This document shows, piece after piece, positions 39,599-52,360 of a DNA stretch of 64,000 nucleotides (within the stretch, counting starts at the first letter, position 1; each line of letters begins with the position of its first letter). The position numbers and the translations under genes are program-made. The stretch is from Botryllus schlosseri (lineage: Eukaryota). The notes under the pieces were generated by a model that saw nothing but the letters and a program-made list of their open reading frames with translations, searched no databases and was not told the origin of the DNA. Where the stretch lies: NCBI GenBank assembly GCA_051294905.1, contig CM119372.1:35404001-35468000 (forward strand). Direction: 5' to 3'.

Positions 39599-41785
39599 CA
39601 GGGTTGTAACCAAGTCACATTGTTCCTAGTCACGAGTAGGGCTGGGCACAATGATTCGAGTACTCGAATCTGAATCGAGTATTATTTTTAATGATTCGAG
39701 TCGAGTAGTAAAAGACGAATTTTTCGAGTATTGAAATTATACGCTCCTCGCCACTGAAAGTTAATTTATCAACGAGAATTATAGTTTCGATACTGATTTT
39801 CACTGCTTAAGCCTTGAAACCTGATTTTTGATATTGTAGCATACGAAATATATAGCACAAAGCTAGGAACATTACTGTAAATAGCACATTTCCGAAGTCA
39901 TGATCATCCCACAGCATTGTCACCAAGTCCTATGAAATCGCTATGGTCGAAAAAATACCAAACTATGTTTAATGTGAAGGATAACAGGCATTATATTATT
40001 TGTGGTAGCATAAAAGGTACATATTTGAACTTTAACATATTACATTCTGTTATGACGTCATAATGACTGATGCTCGATTACTCGACTCGACTCGAAGCAT
40101 ATTACGTGATTCAGAATCGAATCACTCAGGTACTCGATTTTGCCCAGCCCTAGTCACGAGTCAATCTTGCTTTTGTGGTTTTGACTCGAGTCAAGTCGAG
40201 TCATTTTCAATTCATCACCGAGTCGAGTCCGAGTCCAAGTCACCGTTTAAAGGCTCAAGTCCGAGTCATGGTGTTATGACTCGAGTCGAGTCCAAGTCAC
40301 AGTATTGAAGTCATGTTCAACTCATGTTTTCAATCCTGAATTAGATTATAGCTTATAGAGAATCAACGATTTCATTCTACATGCTATCTGATATAGAACC
40401 AACGAATTCACGTCTAGATACCAGCTGACAGAGAATCAACAGATGCATGTTTATGTAGACGTACAGTTTTTTCACATTATCAGGTCGTTGACTAAAAAAG
40501 GTCAGCTTTCCTGCTCAGATCCCGAAATAGCCGCCGGAGCGTTACTAATATGAGAGGAAATTTTGGATTAACTACAAATAGAGATTTTAGAATTTTACCG
40601 GCCACCTCATGATATTGTTATATTGTGTAAAAATATGATTCATAGCAAATTTGGCTCAATTCCAACTAGAAAAAGCGAATTTATTAGAGTGGAATATTAG
40701 TCGGCTTACTACTAGCATTTGATTATATTATGTGAAATAATTTCTCACCAAAAACACTCCCTTTATTTTCAAATATAAAATTTTCTCCTCTCATATCCTT
40801 GATTCTACTTTTTAAAATAAGCCAGATTCAGTGTTCTTTTTATGCAACATAACAATTATACCAAGTAGCCACCCAGTAAAATAAATAAGAAGTTATTTTT
40901 GAACAACCCTATTGTACAAATAACATCACACAACATTAGCCATTCATTATTATTACTCACGTGCACAATGCACATACCTAACAAAACGTCAAATGGATGG
41001 AGTGTATTGTGTGTTTTCACTGACAGCAGATCAAATCAATAATGAGTTACAATTCAAAAATACTAAAGTGGAAAGGAGATCCTCATAGGCTACATGTTAT
41101 AGCGGCATGGCCTTAGAATAAATCCACATCTACTGAAACACATTCCACTGGTGCACTATACAGGAATTGACAAGCATATATTTGAACCTCACTGAAGAGC
41201 ATTGGATACTCATTCTTTCTAGTCGCCCAAAAATGCAAATTATCATCGCCTTCAAATCTACAAATGAGCTTATCGGTCTCTTCCAAGTACTTGACCATCT
41301 GAGTCATTGCATTGGCTCTAATTGAACTTTGCTTCGATTGTTTGCTTGTATAATTGAAAAGTCTTGAGTATTTTGATTGCGGAGGATTTATTACCTCTTC
41401 ATCACTGGATGATTTTGTACAACGCATTGCTACTATGTATCATTGTCTGTTGTTTTAACGGCGGCCTAACTGATATCAGACGAGTGCAACGACAGCAGTG
41501 GTGACAAATAGCGATGTCGGCAGAATTCGTCAGATGCGTTAATCTAGCCATTACGATTCGCAAATTTCTTCGTCTTCGAGTCTTATAAAATAAGCCAAGT
41601 CAATGACTTGGGTCGAGTCATGCGTAATGACTCGAGTACAAGTCGAGTCAATCCAAATATTGACTCGAGTCGAGTCGAGTCATTTTCCCATTTCAAGAAA
41701 ATGACTCGAGTCAAGTCGAGTCACAAAAAAATCGTGACTCGAGTCTGACTCGAGTCGAGTCATGACTCGAGTCATTACAACCCTG
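39599..41785 (-). mobile_element. Internally deleted hAT transposon with GACTCGAGTC arrays and a transposase C-terminal remnant
   Basis: TIRs cagggttgtaa / ttacaaccctg; perfect TSD ctgcacgc. ORF 41113-41427(-) has YLEE...LHFWATRKNEYPML...SAPVE, resembling the hAT dimerization domain. Confidence 0.85.
39637..40152. mobile_element. hAT MITE (TAGGGCTGGGCA family)
   Basis: Perfect TIRs tagggctgggca / tgcccagcccta; perfect TSD gtcacgag. Confidence 0.9.
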
Positions 41786-41899
41786 CTGCACGCACTCACC
41801 AATTCACTGCGTCGGTCACCTGGACTGCAGTGCGTACCGACTAAAGAAAAGGTCATCACTTCTGATTTTTTGTGCGCAGCTTAGAGGGAAAATTGGCCA

Positions 41900-43031
41900 G
41901 AATAGTTGTTCCTATGGGCTCAGATTTCCATTATACTCTTCTCTTCGATAATAGCGAAAAAAGAAGTGTTACGGAGTCGGACCAAGCACCTAGTCGTGCT
42001 CCCCTGCTCATTGCCCTGTGCCACTAATATCGACATCCATAAAAATCCCCCCCCCCCAAAAAAAAAACGTTGCTCTTGGGCCACATATACGGTGATAAAC
42101 CAAATTTGTGGGGCGTTCGCCCCCCTCCCCAAAGACCACACAGTCGGATGGATGTTTGTACCATGAGCACATTCATTCTACTCAACGTAGGCAGAGAGTT
42201 TATGTCACCTAATCGCACAAAACTAAAAGACGTACACCATTGCAAATTGCTATTTCTTCACCGGCAAATAACTTTTCTCTGTGGTATGGCATTGGTTCTG
42301 TGAGGTACAGATTGCCATGACAGCGAGATTCGGCGTCAGTCATTTAGGCGCCGATGTACAGTTAGACATGTATTTATATACATATATATCGACGTATTCG
42401 GTCAACACTGGGCAGTCGTATTCGGCCAAGGTTTTTCTCGCTGCCGAATATTTGGCGCAGTTTTCGGAGTCCCATGTTAGTGTAAACATCAATGTGTGTT
42501 GGTACGCCGCAGCGCAGTAATGGCTGACGCCGAAATGGCAATTTCTATAAATCTTGCGTATTGTTTTTTTTTAGGGGGGGGGGGGACGGGCACCCAATGT
42601 TGAAGACACTTTTATGACACTAAATCGCGCAATGCGCGAAACCAAATTGAAAAAAGTCGGATAAAGATTGACAAATTACTGTATAATTTATGTTCATTCA
42701 CGAAATAATTTTGTCCCCCTTCAAGCTCGGCCCTACTCCAAATATGGGGTTTGGGGGGCGACAGTTACTTTCACGCACAAAATGAATTATTCGAAAACGA
42801 ATGATCGCGCCAACGGCGAGGGTTAGTGAATCATCTTGTACTGTCGCTTGCATGTCGGCAAATGACACGGCTTGAACTTTAAGTCAAATCGAACATGTTT
42901 CCAGATCTAATGTTACCTCACGAAGGTTTAAATCCGTTTATAATTTGATGTTTTATTTATTTTATCAATGGACAATGCATCTTTAAATTAAGGTATAAAA
43001 TTGTAATATTGCTGGCGGTTGAGAACCACTG
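41900..43031. mobile_element. Inverted partial copy related to the composite MITE at 59264-60611
   Basis: Ends ggttgagaaccactg. Blocks such as accaagcaccNNgtcgtgct and aagtcaaatcgaacatgtttccag are reverse complements of parts of 59420-60300. Left boundary approximate. Confidence 0.65.
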
Positions 43032-44960
43032 GTATTGTATATTATCCACGCCTAACATGATGCTGCAATAAATGTCACGGCAGTCGATCTCCTGCAATGT
43101 CGAGTCATGTGTCATAAAATCATAGTTGACTAGCAAATAACGGCTACAATATCGACCATTTTGACGCAAGGAGTCAACATATTTCTTGAAGCAAAGACAT
43201 CCAACACATTTGAATCATTGCGCATTTCCATGACACAATTATGAAACGTTTACAACCCGAAAAGGATAATATACTATATCCGAAATACGGCAAAGTTACC
43301 CAGGAATTTCTGCGTTATAGAGACGAAATCATTCCAAATCCTCTCTGGAGAAGTGACATCTAGCACAAGTAAATCTCTGATCCCTATGACGACAAATTTC
43401 GGAAACGGTAACAGCCAGATATCAACAGTACACTATGCGATATTTAGCACTGAAGTAATCGCGCGGGAAACTAGCGTGTTAACCAATTTGTGGTTGCTAT
43501 GCGCTACGGGTCACGTGATCCAAGTCCTGCAAATAGCCTATTGGTGATAAAGCTGTATTGAATTTATCGCCACTTTTGTCGACAAATTTAGTTAGTAACG
43601 ACATTCAGCATATTGGAAAAATACGTCTCAAATTTCAAATATACACTATATTTATTCATTTCGTCGTCTTCACTTCATGTCCTGTTTTGACCTCGCTATT
43701 CGCCATCACGGTAAAATCACATAATGTAGTCTATGCTTTGCTAAAGTTTTGCCATATCTTTCGCAGGTCCTGTCGTTCACGATAGCAAGCAATTTAGTTA
43801 CCCCGTGAAATCCGGTGTTGAATATTGATGTGGGGTAAACAAAAATATCAGGGTTTATTTTTCATCGATGTGACATACCGTATAGCGTATACCTGTTTAT
43901 GGTAAGGTCTGTACGTGGATATGCGACATCAAATTGGAATTGCAGAATGAGTGGAAGTGAACTTGTGTATTTATATTGTTGTGTTTTGATCTGCTACGAC
44001 ACAACTGAGCGGGAACGAGAAAAGACACGTACAGTACTTTAGTGTCAGCTGTGGATAATTGGTGTATTTGCGTTCGATCATATTCAATAACGACCGAACC
44101 AATAATTTATGTCGCTGTTTACAAAAGTTTAGATAACCCGCTACGATACGTGAAGACACTGAATTGAATATAAATAAACGTTTGACCGACTGAACGCCGT
44201 TGTTAAGATACAACTGCGCGAATGCTGAAATTTCATATTCTAAATTGCGAACAAAATTGCCTCAATATTCATACGAGATAAGGTCAGAAAAAGATTCCTT
44301 TTTAACATGTGCCCCTGAGAATGGTGGCAACCCGATCGTTACGCATTCGAAAACAGTTGTACTCTGATGTTCACATCGATCCGGGAAGATTGTCAATATT
44401 CACACATTAATCACATCATCAAATCAATGAGAATTGCAACACTTCTCTGTTCAGAAGTTCAGAATTTTCATTTACACAAGATGGTGGCGCTTATCGCCTT
44501 TTCAGGCTATGAGCACCACGACACGACCTTTTTGTCATTGCATTGGTTTGTTATAGATCACAAAACGAACAGTCGATGAACGATTCAATGAGGACTGGTC
44601 TACGGAAACGAAGGCCATGTTTCGCTAGTTGCGTCCATGAAGGAAAGCTGGTCGCATCGGACTGGGTGATTTTACGTCATATAGCATTACCGGTAAAAAA
44701 AAGCATTTTACAGGTGAAATACAAGTCATAATACTCGGTACACTGTAAAAAATAAACATGGATTTTATCATGGAAATGACATGACTTCCTCTTTCTCATG
44801 TTAATTCCATGAAAACACCGACATGGTTTTAAAATCTCATGTTGACATGACAAAAACTTCCATGATGGGACATGATAAGGACCCATGTCTATGGTTATCA
44901 AGTAAGAGTATCACGTTGAGCTTTAGTGATATCATCATAATTATCATCATCATCGTCACT

Positions 44961-45315
44961 GAGAGAGAGGGAGAGAGAAAGAGAGACAGAGAGGAGCGAG
45001 AGAGGGAGAGAGAAAGAGAGGAGGGAGAGAAGGAGAGAGAGATAGAGAATAGAGCAGAAAGAATAGTGGGGGGGAAGAAGGGAATGAGAGCATATAGAAA
45101 GGAGAGAGAGAAAGAGAAAGAGAGAGGGGAGGGGAAGGGGAGGGGAGGAGAGAGATAGGGGAGAGAGAGTGGGGGAGAGATAGAGAATAGAGCAGAAATA
45201 AGAGAGGGGGAGAAAGAAGGGAAAGGGAGCATAGAGAAAGGAGAGCGAGAGAGAGAGAGAGAGAGGGGGAGGGAGAGGAGAGGAGAGAGATAGGGGAGAG
45301 AGAGGGGGAGAGAGA
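44961..45315. repeat. Purine-rich (GA)n low-complexity tract with an internal duplication
   Basis: Almost pure A/G; gagatagagaatagagcagaaa occurs twice. Abuts the 3' end of a family-A SINE. Confidence 0.9.
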
Positions 45316-45513
45316 TATCAGACTTATTCTCGTTTTCACCATTGAGATGCTCTGACGATTGAGATGCGATAACCATGCTATCCCTGAATGCTGAACGTTG
45401 AGCCGGATAGCCACGGATACCAGTGTTTTAGTCTTTGGTCTGACATGGCCGGGAATTGATCATATGACCTACCGATCAAGAAGCAAGACGCTTTACCATT
45501 TCACTATATCGCT
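45316..45513 (-). mobile_element. tRNA-derived SINE, family A (diverged)
   Basis: Colinear with 10585-10840 (gatagccNNggatacc, agtctttggtctgac, taccgatcaaga, accattNcacta). Confidence 0.65.
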
Positions 45514-48417
45514 ATTTCAGCTGAGTGACAAGTAAACATCGTTACATCCTCACAGGATATATTGCAATACACAAACATCGTGATTCGTACATAGCTACAT
45601 CATCGCACGCAAACATAGCCATTCGGTTACGGAGCCATAATGACTCCGGATTATCTGGTTACAAAACCAGTCATGCGTACAGTATAGCCGTAGCGTTCAT
45701 TTCAAAAGGATTGGAAAAAAGAGGAAGTTTGATGGAGTTGGTCATTTCATAGGTTGTCTTTGTCAAAGTTTCAAAGTTTATGGCTTGTTGCTGTATTAAG
45801 CCGTGGATTGGAGGGTGAGTATTGGTGTATTTATTGTTCCTGTCTTCGTTGTAATATATCCGCCGAATCTGCAATGCGTCACTGGGTATAGTCGAAGCTG
45901 ATGCAACTTAGTCGTATTCAGTCAGATACCGGTATATAGCGGGAACTGCCAAACGGCTGCAAATAGTGATCAAAGTTTACTGCGTATCCATTTGTATGTA
46001 GTTGTAGATCATGTGGTAGTTGGTAATGCGTTAGTAGTCCTAGACGTTTCACAAGCTCCCTTGCTTTTATTTTGTACCGTACTGGGCAATGTTAAAGTGA
46101 AGTATTTATCCAACTGGAGAAATATTCATCCTTAGGTGATTGAAAAAACTTCAGCTTTAAAAAATATGGGATATCATGCTATACTCGAGCCTTTGATTCA
46201 AGATTTGAAAACCCTAGAAACATAAGGAACTGATGTAAATTTGTATTTTACAGATATACCTACTGCAGTTGTTTGTAATATTACTCCTGTGATATTTGTG
46301 ACATTGAAAATGAGGCTGCTGGAGATCATGAACGAGTGATTACTGTGGATCACAGATCTGAGATAGCTGAAACTCTGAGAACTGTATTTCGGAGTAATAT
46401 CGGGGACAGTATATTCAACTTCTATATTACGATGAGGCATTTGCCTCGTATGATCTCTCGACAATTCAAGATAAAGGAGTAATATGACTAATCTTGACAG
46501 ACGATGAAAGTAAGTAATTATTACCACAAATAAATTGGTCAGCTACTATACTAGGATTACACTCTTAACGCATATTGGAAGAGTTGTTTCGGGGTTCCGA
46601 ACGACACTGATTCCAAATATGACCTTGGTTTTTTCAAATTGTCTCTGGTTTTGGTGATATCCCATGGGGTTATTTTGACTAACGTCACATTTTCACTGTA
46701 TGGTCCAGATAAAAAAACGGCTAAGAAATTAAATCTACTTGTTATACTGAACACTGTATTAAATAAAAATGCAGTAAAATAATTATATTTAGGGTAATTG
46801 GATTTATCATATTTGGAGTTTTTTATAGATTATTTCTTGAGAGACCACATCATATTTAGAGTGGTGCCCCTTTAATTTCAACCTTGCAATCCATTTCTTA
46901 CAAGCCCGTTGCTATTTTTGCGCTGAAGAGATATTTCCATGGCTAAGCCAAGTATTATCGTGACTCTTCTATACTTGTGCAGGGAAAGCTGTTTGCAAAG
47001 TCAACACATCTACCCTTCCGAAGACGAACTTAGCGTCGACGAGCATCAAAAGGAAATAAGTCAGAGTGGAAATAGAGGGTGCCAGATGAAGAGATGCTGC
47101 AAGATAGAATGAAAAGAACTTTTAAATCAGGCTGCGACAGTGTCGTAAATGGAACATCAGCAAGAATACTGATGGAGAATGAAGATATACCCAGTTTTGA
47201 CCCATGCTCCCTTAGTAGGTACAATCTAACGCAGTGGTTTCAAACACAACATTGCCATGATCGAGTCAACCTGCGACTTTGCAACAAACTCACAAAGAGT
47301 TCGTTTTTCAGAATGCTATGATAGTACAAAACAAACTACATATATATATTCCTGAAATAATTTACGATAGTTGTGACATATACTCGACCACAAGCCCGAC
47401 CTGTGCTTAAATTGAGACTACTGATAGTACTAAAGGCTACTGCAGACTAACTTAATTAATTAGCTATGATGTAAATCTGTCACAATGTTCAGATTTTGGA
47501 AGAAGTGAAAATATGTTGCCTGAATCAAGCCTGTTTGGATGTTGACTTGACCTCAAAGATTTTGGAAAAGACTTGGAGCTCTGCACTCAGTCTCCTGCAA
47601 CCGCAAGAAATTCCGATAGAAATTCAAAAAGTTATGGGTAAGTAAGAGACTTTCGCAAATTTAGTTAGTTGGGGGTCAATATCTGTCGAGTAGTTCTAGT
47701 CGCGGATTGTGAAAAATGATTAGTTCAAATTTTAGTTTCGGGAAGTGAGTAATTCTTGTTCCAGCACTTTGCTACATTGACTTGATTTTAAATCTGGATT
47801 ACGCATACAAGCTTGGGAGGGACGTAGGCTATGTAATTGCGATATATTATTGAGCAGGTTTCAAAGTAAATTAATTTCCGTTCCAGCTCAGTTTATCCAG
47901 CTTATGGTTTTATTCAGCAATATTCAAAAGTAGGTTTTATGTTTTTAATTCCAAAAAATGGCCACACGTGCTTCTCAAAATAGCGGGGCGCACTTTGCCC
48001 ATGGCTGAGTTCGATGTATTATAATTCGTTAGTTGCGGATTTATGAAGGTCATTAGGCCTACTTGGTAGGATATTATAGAAATAGGGTATTTCAAGTTGC
48101 CGATTTTAAAAACTGTCTGGTTCCTAAGGCAATGTTAAAATTTGCATATTTTTTGCCACGCCCATATTTGCAGTTCACACTACACAAACAGTAACTGCAT
48201 TCATTTAATTTTTAAAACGTTTTTTTTTCTGGAGTGTTTCACTTGAGCTGATCTCTCACTTCTCATTCAGGTAATCAGAAATTGGACTGGGTGGTCGGCA
48301 TCCCCACCATTTTCAATGAACGCTTCGACAGCTTCCTGATTGTGGATAAGGTGAGTTGTTGATAATGGCCAAAACTGGTTTGCTCAATATTACTACAAGA
48401 CAATACTACAATACTAC

Positions 48418-49274
48418 AATATAGCTTTCAATGCAACATCCATTGTAGCAGTATATTTATTAAACTCGAAGACTTTTCGGGTGCCTCTTTTCAAGAGTTA
48501 TCGGCACACTGAGGGGATTTAAACAGATTTAAAAGCAAAACCAAAAAGGCAAAGTATGACGCAACAATCAAAATCACAGACCATGAAATTCGCATTGTAT
48601 CAATGGCAACAATAACAAACTACGAAGTATACGGACATATGGTACTATAGTAGCAGCACAAATTGTAAATAAACAATTACAGGCACGGAACAACACGCAG
48701 TAATGAGAAATTTGTAGGTTATAGAGGAAATCTTTCTGTCTGCATAAAATAGGTTTGCTCAACTGAATAATAGTAGACTCCAACACTTTTATATGAAACA
48801 CAGACCTACCACGCGCAATGACAGTGAACATATTGCACAGCACAGCACTATGATGACAATATGTTCACTGTCATTGCGCGTGGTAGGTCTGTGTTTCATT
48901 TAAAAGTGTTGGAGTCTACTATTATTCAGTTGAGCAAACCTATTTTAAGCAGACAGAAAGATTTCCTCTATAACCTACAAATTTCTCATTAGTGCGTGTT
49001 GTTCCGTGCGTGTAATTGTTTATTTACAAACTGTGCTGCTACTATAGTACTATATGTCCGTATACTTCGTAGTTTGTTATTGTTGCCATTGATACAATGC
49101 GAATTTCATGGTCTGTGATTTTGATTGTTGCGTCATGCTTTGCCTTTTTGGTTTTGCTTTTAAATCTGTTTAAATCCCCTCAGTGTGCCGATAACTCTTG
49201 AAAAGAGGCACCCGAAAAGTCTTCGAGTTTAATAAATATACTGCTACAATGGATGTTGCATTGAAAGCTATATT
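48418..49274. mobile_element. Penelope-like element remnant arranged as an 857-bp inverted repeat
   Basis: Two 418-bp arms (48418-48835, 48857-49274) with about 8 mismatches by eye and a 21-bp loop. Each arm reads outward FTVIARGRSVFH(I/L)KVLESTIIQLSKPIL(C/S)RQKDFLYNLQI, resembling the C-terminus of the PLE GIY-YIG endonuclease, followed by a UTR with AATAAA. Confidence 0.8.
49192..49230 (+). ncRNA. Candidate minimal type-I hammerhead ribozyme variant (mirror copy at 48462-48500, minus strand)
   Basis: aactc-TTGAAAA-gaggcaccc-GAAA-agtct-TC-gagtt, immediately before AATAAA. Stem I is aactc/gagtt; the core deviates from CUGANGA and stems II and III are weak. Confidence 0.5.
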
Positions 49275-51388
49275 CAAGTTCTTTACCACGAACCAGCTAT
49301 TTAAATACTACAATAATAATAATAATACTCAATTCAGATTCAAGTGCTCGAATCATTATGCCCAGCCCTACAAACAATGTGAGTTTAGTGTGCGCCATTG
49401 CCTCGCGGGAAAACCAGTCAAAAACCACTGATATTGTTAGTTGTGATTTAGTTCGTAAGCTCCCGATTTTAAAAGGTTGCTAGTACTAGTTCCAGTATCA
49501 GATTTTAAAAAGTTCTAGGTATAGTTGTAAGTTATAGTTATATTTGTGGATTTTGAAAATTGAGTAATTTTAGTTACAATTCTAGTTTTAAATTTTATAA
49601 GGTGATTGATTAGTCCTAGTTTTAGTTTTACTGGCGGATTTGAAAAAGCGAGTAGTTCTGTTTTTAAAATTCCCAGAAAAGACACAAACAACCTTTGGCC
49701 GGGTCACAATCACCAAAGTTGAACTCCGTCACCAAAATACAAGTTTTCAAATCCTGGATTTACCGCCCAGCCGTGCATTAATCCATCCATTTATTAATAA
49801 TTGGATAATCGTATAGGTCGTAGCATCAAATAGTATAGTGGTGCAGAGGTAAAGGAATGGATGACTGTGCATGTGTGCATACTTGATATTGTCAAGTGAA
49901 AAGTAGATTTTGTACATACCAAGACAATTCATAGACAAGATCAATGTAATGAGGCGCTAATAGATTTTTGTCATCTTAACTGGCTGTGATTGATACAACT
50001 TTAAACCATCTTGGAAACTATTCATATTTATTCTATCAACCCGTGTGCCTTGAATAGTGCATGGATGGTAATGACATTTATATTCATTATAGGATCCGAA
50101 GAATGTCTACCCGACGATGAAGTGCGATACTCTTCAGAAAAAGTGGGCAATCCATTTCGTTGGGGAATCTGTTGATGGAATAATGAGTTTCCATCATACA
50201 TTGGCGACATTGCGTTTCAACATCAAGTTTGCGCCAGCGTCAGCGAGTTCATTGAACTTTTCGCAGATTTTCTTGCAAACATTCCAGATGTCAAATACAG
50301 CTAAATACATCTAACCACAGGGTATGTGTACATTAGTAGAGGTGAAAGGTCAATTTGAAGCCTTATTAGGACATGGGTAGGAACATGGATGTCAACAGGT
50401 CTACATGGATGTCGACAAGTTATCATGGGGCTTTTCCATGTCAACATGACTCAGGTGGGACCAGGTCTAGACTATGGGTACACCCATGATTATTTTTTAC
50501 AGTGTAGTCAGACTTCAAAACTTTCAAGCAACCGGAACATAACTGCGTGGTTTGTTTCCCAGCGCTCGTGAGGTTCGAATATCAACAGCGTATAGTTTTT
50601 TTTTTATTTACAGGAAATATGTTATCAATTAGTCCTACGACAGTAAAATGATATAGGTAGCTGATAAAGCAAAGATCATCTGTTTCAATTGTTACAGTTA
50701 ACATGAGCATGTGCAATACCTGCCACCACTACTGCGGTAACTCGAGGGGGGAGAAGACATAATGAGGAGACTCAGTGAGGAGACTTAGTGAGAAGATACA
50801 TAGTATCACCGCATGATCATTGCGAGGGAATAAATTCGTATCTTTAATATTTGCGTTTTTTTGATTTAGAGATAGAGATAGATTTGTGATATAGAGACCG
50901 GAATCAGATCTAACCACCCTCGATATACAGGCTGCACCAGTTACGATATATCCCAACACTGAAATCAAGACCAACAGACATCAGGTCGACCAAATGCGAT
51001 TCTTCTGATATAACGGCGTTAGTTCCAATAATCGGCATTTGATATTCACTTTCGGTGTGTTCCGCTCGAGAATGGTGTGGTGTAACCACGATCGTGTCGC
51101 AGTTGGTTGGTGTGAGGGGTGCACGGCTACTAAAGCCAAGAACACCAGAGCGAAACTACAAAAATCATATTGATTACGTTACAAGGAAGTGTGCTAAACG
51201 CCCAAATTTGCTGAAAATGCTATCAGGCACCACTAAAGATGCATTGTTGATGCTATATAGATCATTAATTCGCACAGTGATCGATTATGGAATGGAGGCC
51301 TACTTCTTTGCCCCTAAGACACACCGAAAGAAAATTGAAGTGATTAGGAACCAAGCCTTGAGAATATGCTGCGACGCCATGTGTAGTA

Positions 51389-52360
51389 TAGGGGAGATGT
51401 GGTACCGATGGATCACTGGGACCGAAAATACTTTGAAAATTCTCTATGATAATTCCATGATTACACTCCGTGAACTTGTCTACAGTTGCATGCTGGCAAA
51501 ATCTTTCCTCACATACAAAGAAATTCGACGTGCGCGAGCTGTGGGGTCTCTCACAGATGTTTTTTGTTTTGGGGGGGGGGTGTAAACTAAATTTAAATCG
51601 ACATATACATTTTTCTTTGTAACCTTCAACACGAACAAACCAGCAATCATTTTTTTTTGTGAAGTGTAGGGCTTGTATCCGGCTATATAATGGCACCTAT
51701 GATTTTTTTCAGTACCTTCCTTGGGTGGAATTTTTTCGATTCATGTATGAAATTCTTAGGGTGGGAACCGATGATACAATAGCCGAATCAAGGACAATAA
51801 TCAAGCATACTAATCATGAAACAAGTGAAACATGCCTACGTACAGAAAATCTTTATGTAATAATTGCATATGATGTTTTATCGCTATCACGAGGTATTTG
51901 AAAGTCACGCTGTCGATTTTCGGGCAATATGTATGTATACCCTCAAATTTATAAGTTCGAGCCTAAATCGAAACGTGATTTTATGACAACATTTGAGTTA
52001 ATATTCATTCTATTTTTTGGCGGTTGCGACCAAACATTCTTCTTTGGCTTGCTATAGCTTAGATTATTATGCTGAGCAAGAAAAGTTCTCACGTTTGAGT
52101 TTTTTAGGGTATATGTGTCATAGGTCCCCGGGTCGTGTGCCATTGGACCCACCGGGTGGGGACCGATGATACATTCGAGCATCAAATTTTGAGCGTCCAT
52201 AAATATTTTTTGAAAAGACGGATATTCATGTATATGTGCGCGATAGGTAGAGCTTGTATCAAAGTGCTGAGCCAGCAAAATATCTGATGTTTTCGGCTGA
52301 ACATTTTGGGGCCAGCGATCATTTTCCAATTTTTGATCCATCGGTACCACATCTCCCCTA
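51389..52360. mobile_element. TA-bounded non-autonomous DNA transposon (Tc1/mariner/pogo-like MITE) inserted in the LINE
   Basis: Perfect 27-bp TIR taggggagatgtggtaccgatggatca; internal gRaccgatgatac repeats. Removing it rejoins the LINE frame (CDAMCS-TPMCVLEVE). Confidence 0.85.

Larger units (their letters stand above)
44741..50504 (+). mobile_element. Decayed CMC/EnSpm (CACTA-superfamily) DNA transposon
   Basis: TIRs cactgtaaaaaata / tattttttacagtg, flanked by TA on both sides, with CATG-rich subterminal repeats. 46082-46230 reads LGNVKVKYLSNWRNIHP*VIEKTSALKNMGYHAILEPLIQDLKTLET*G, resembling animal EnSpm transposases. Confidence 0.75.

Noticed and set aside
44823..45414. Long ORFs of 111-179 aa (E/R-rich or S/L-rich)
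   Set aside because: They are translations of the GA microsatellite.
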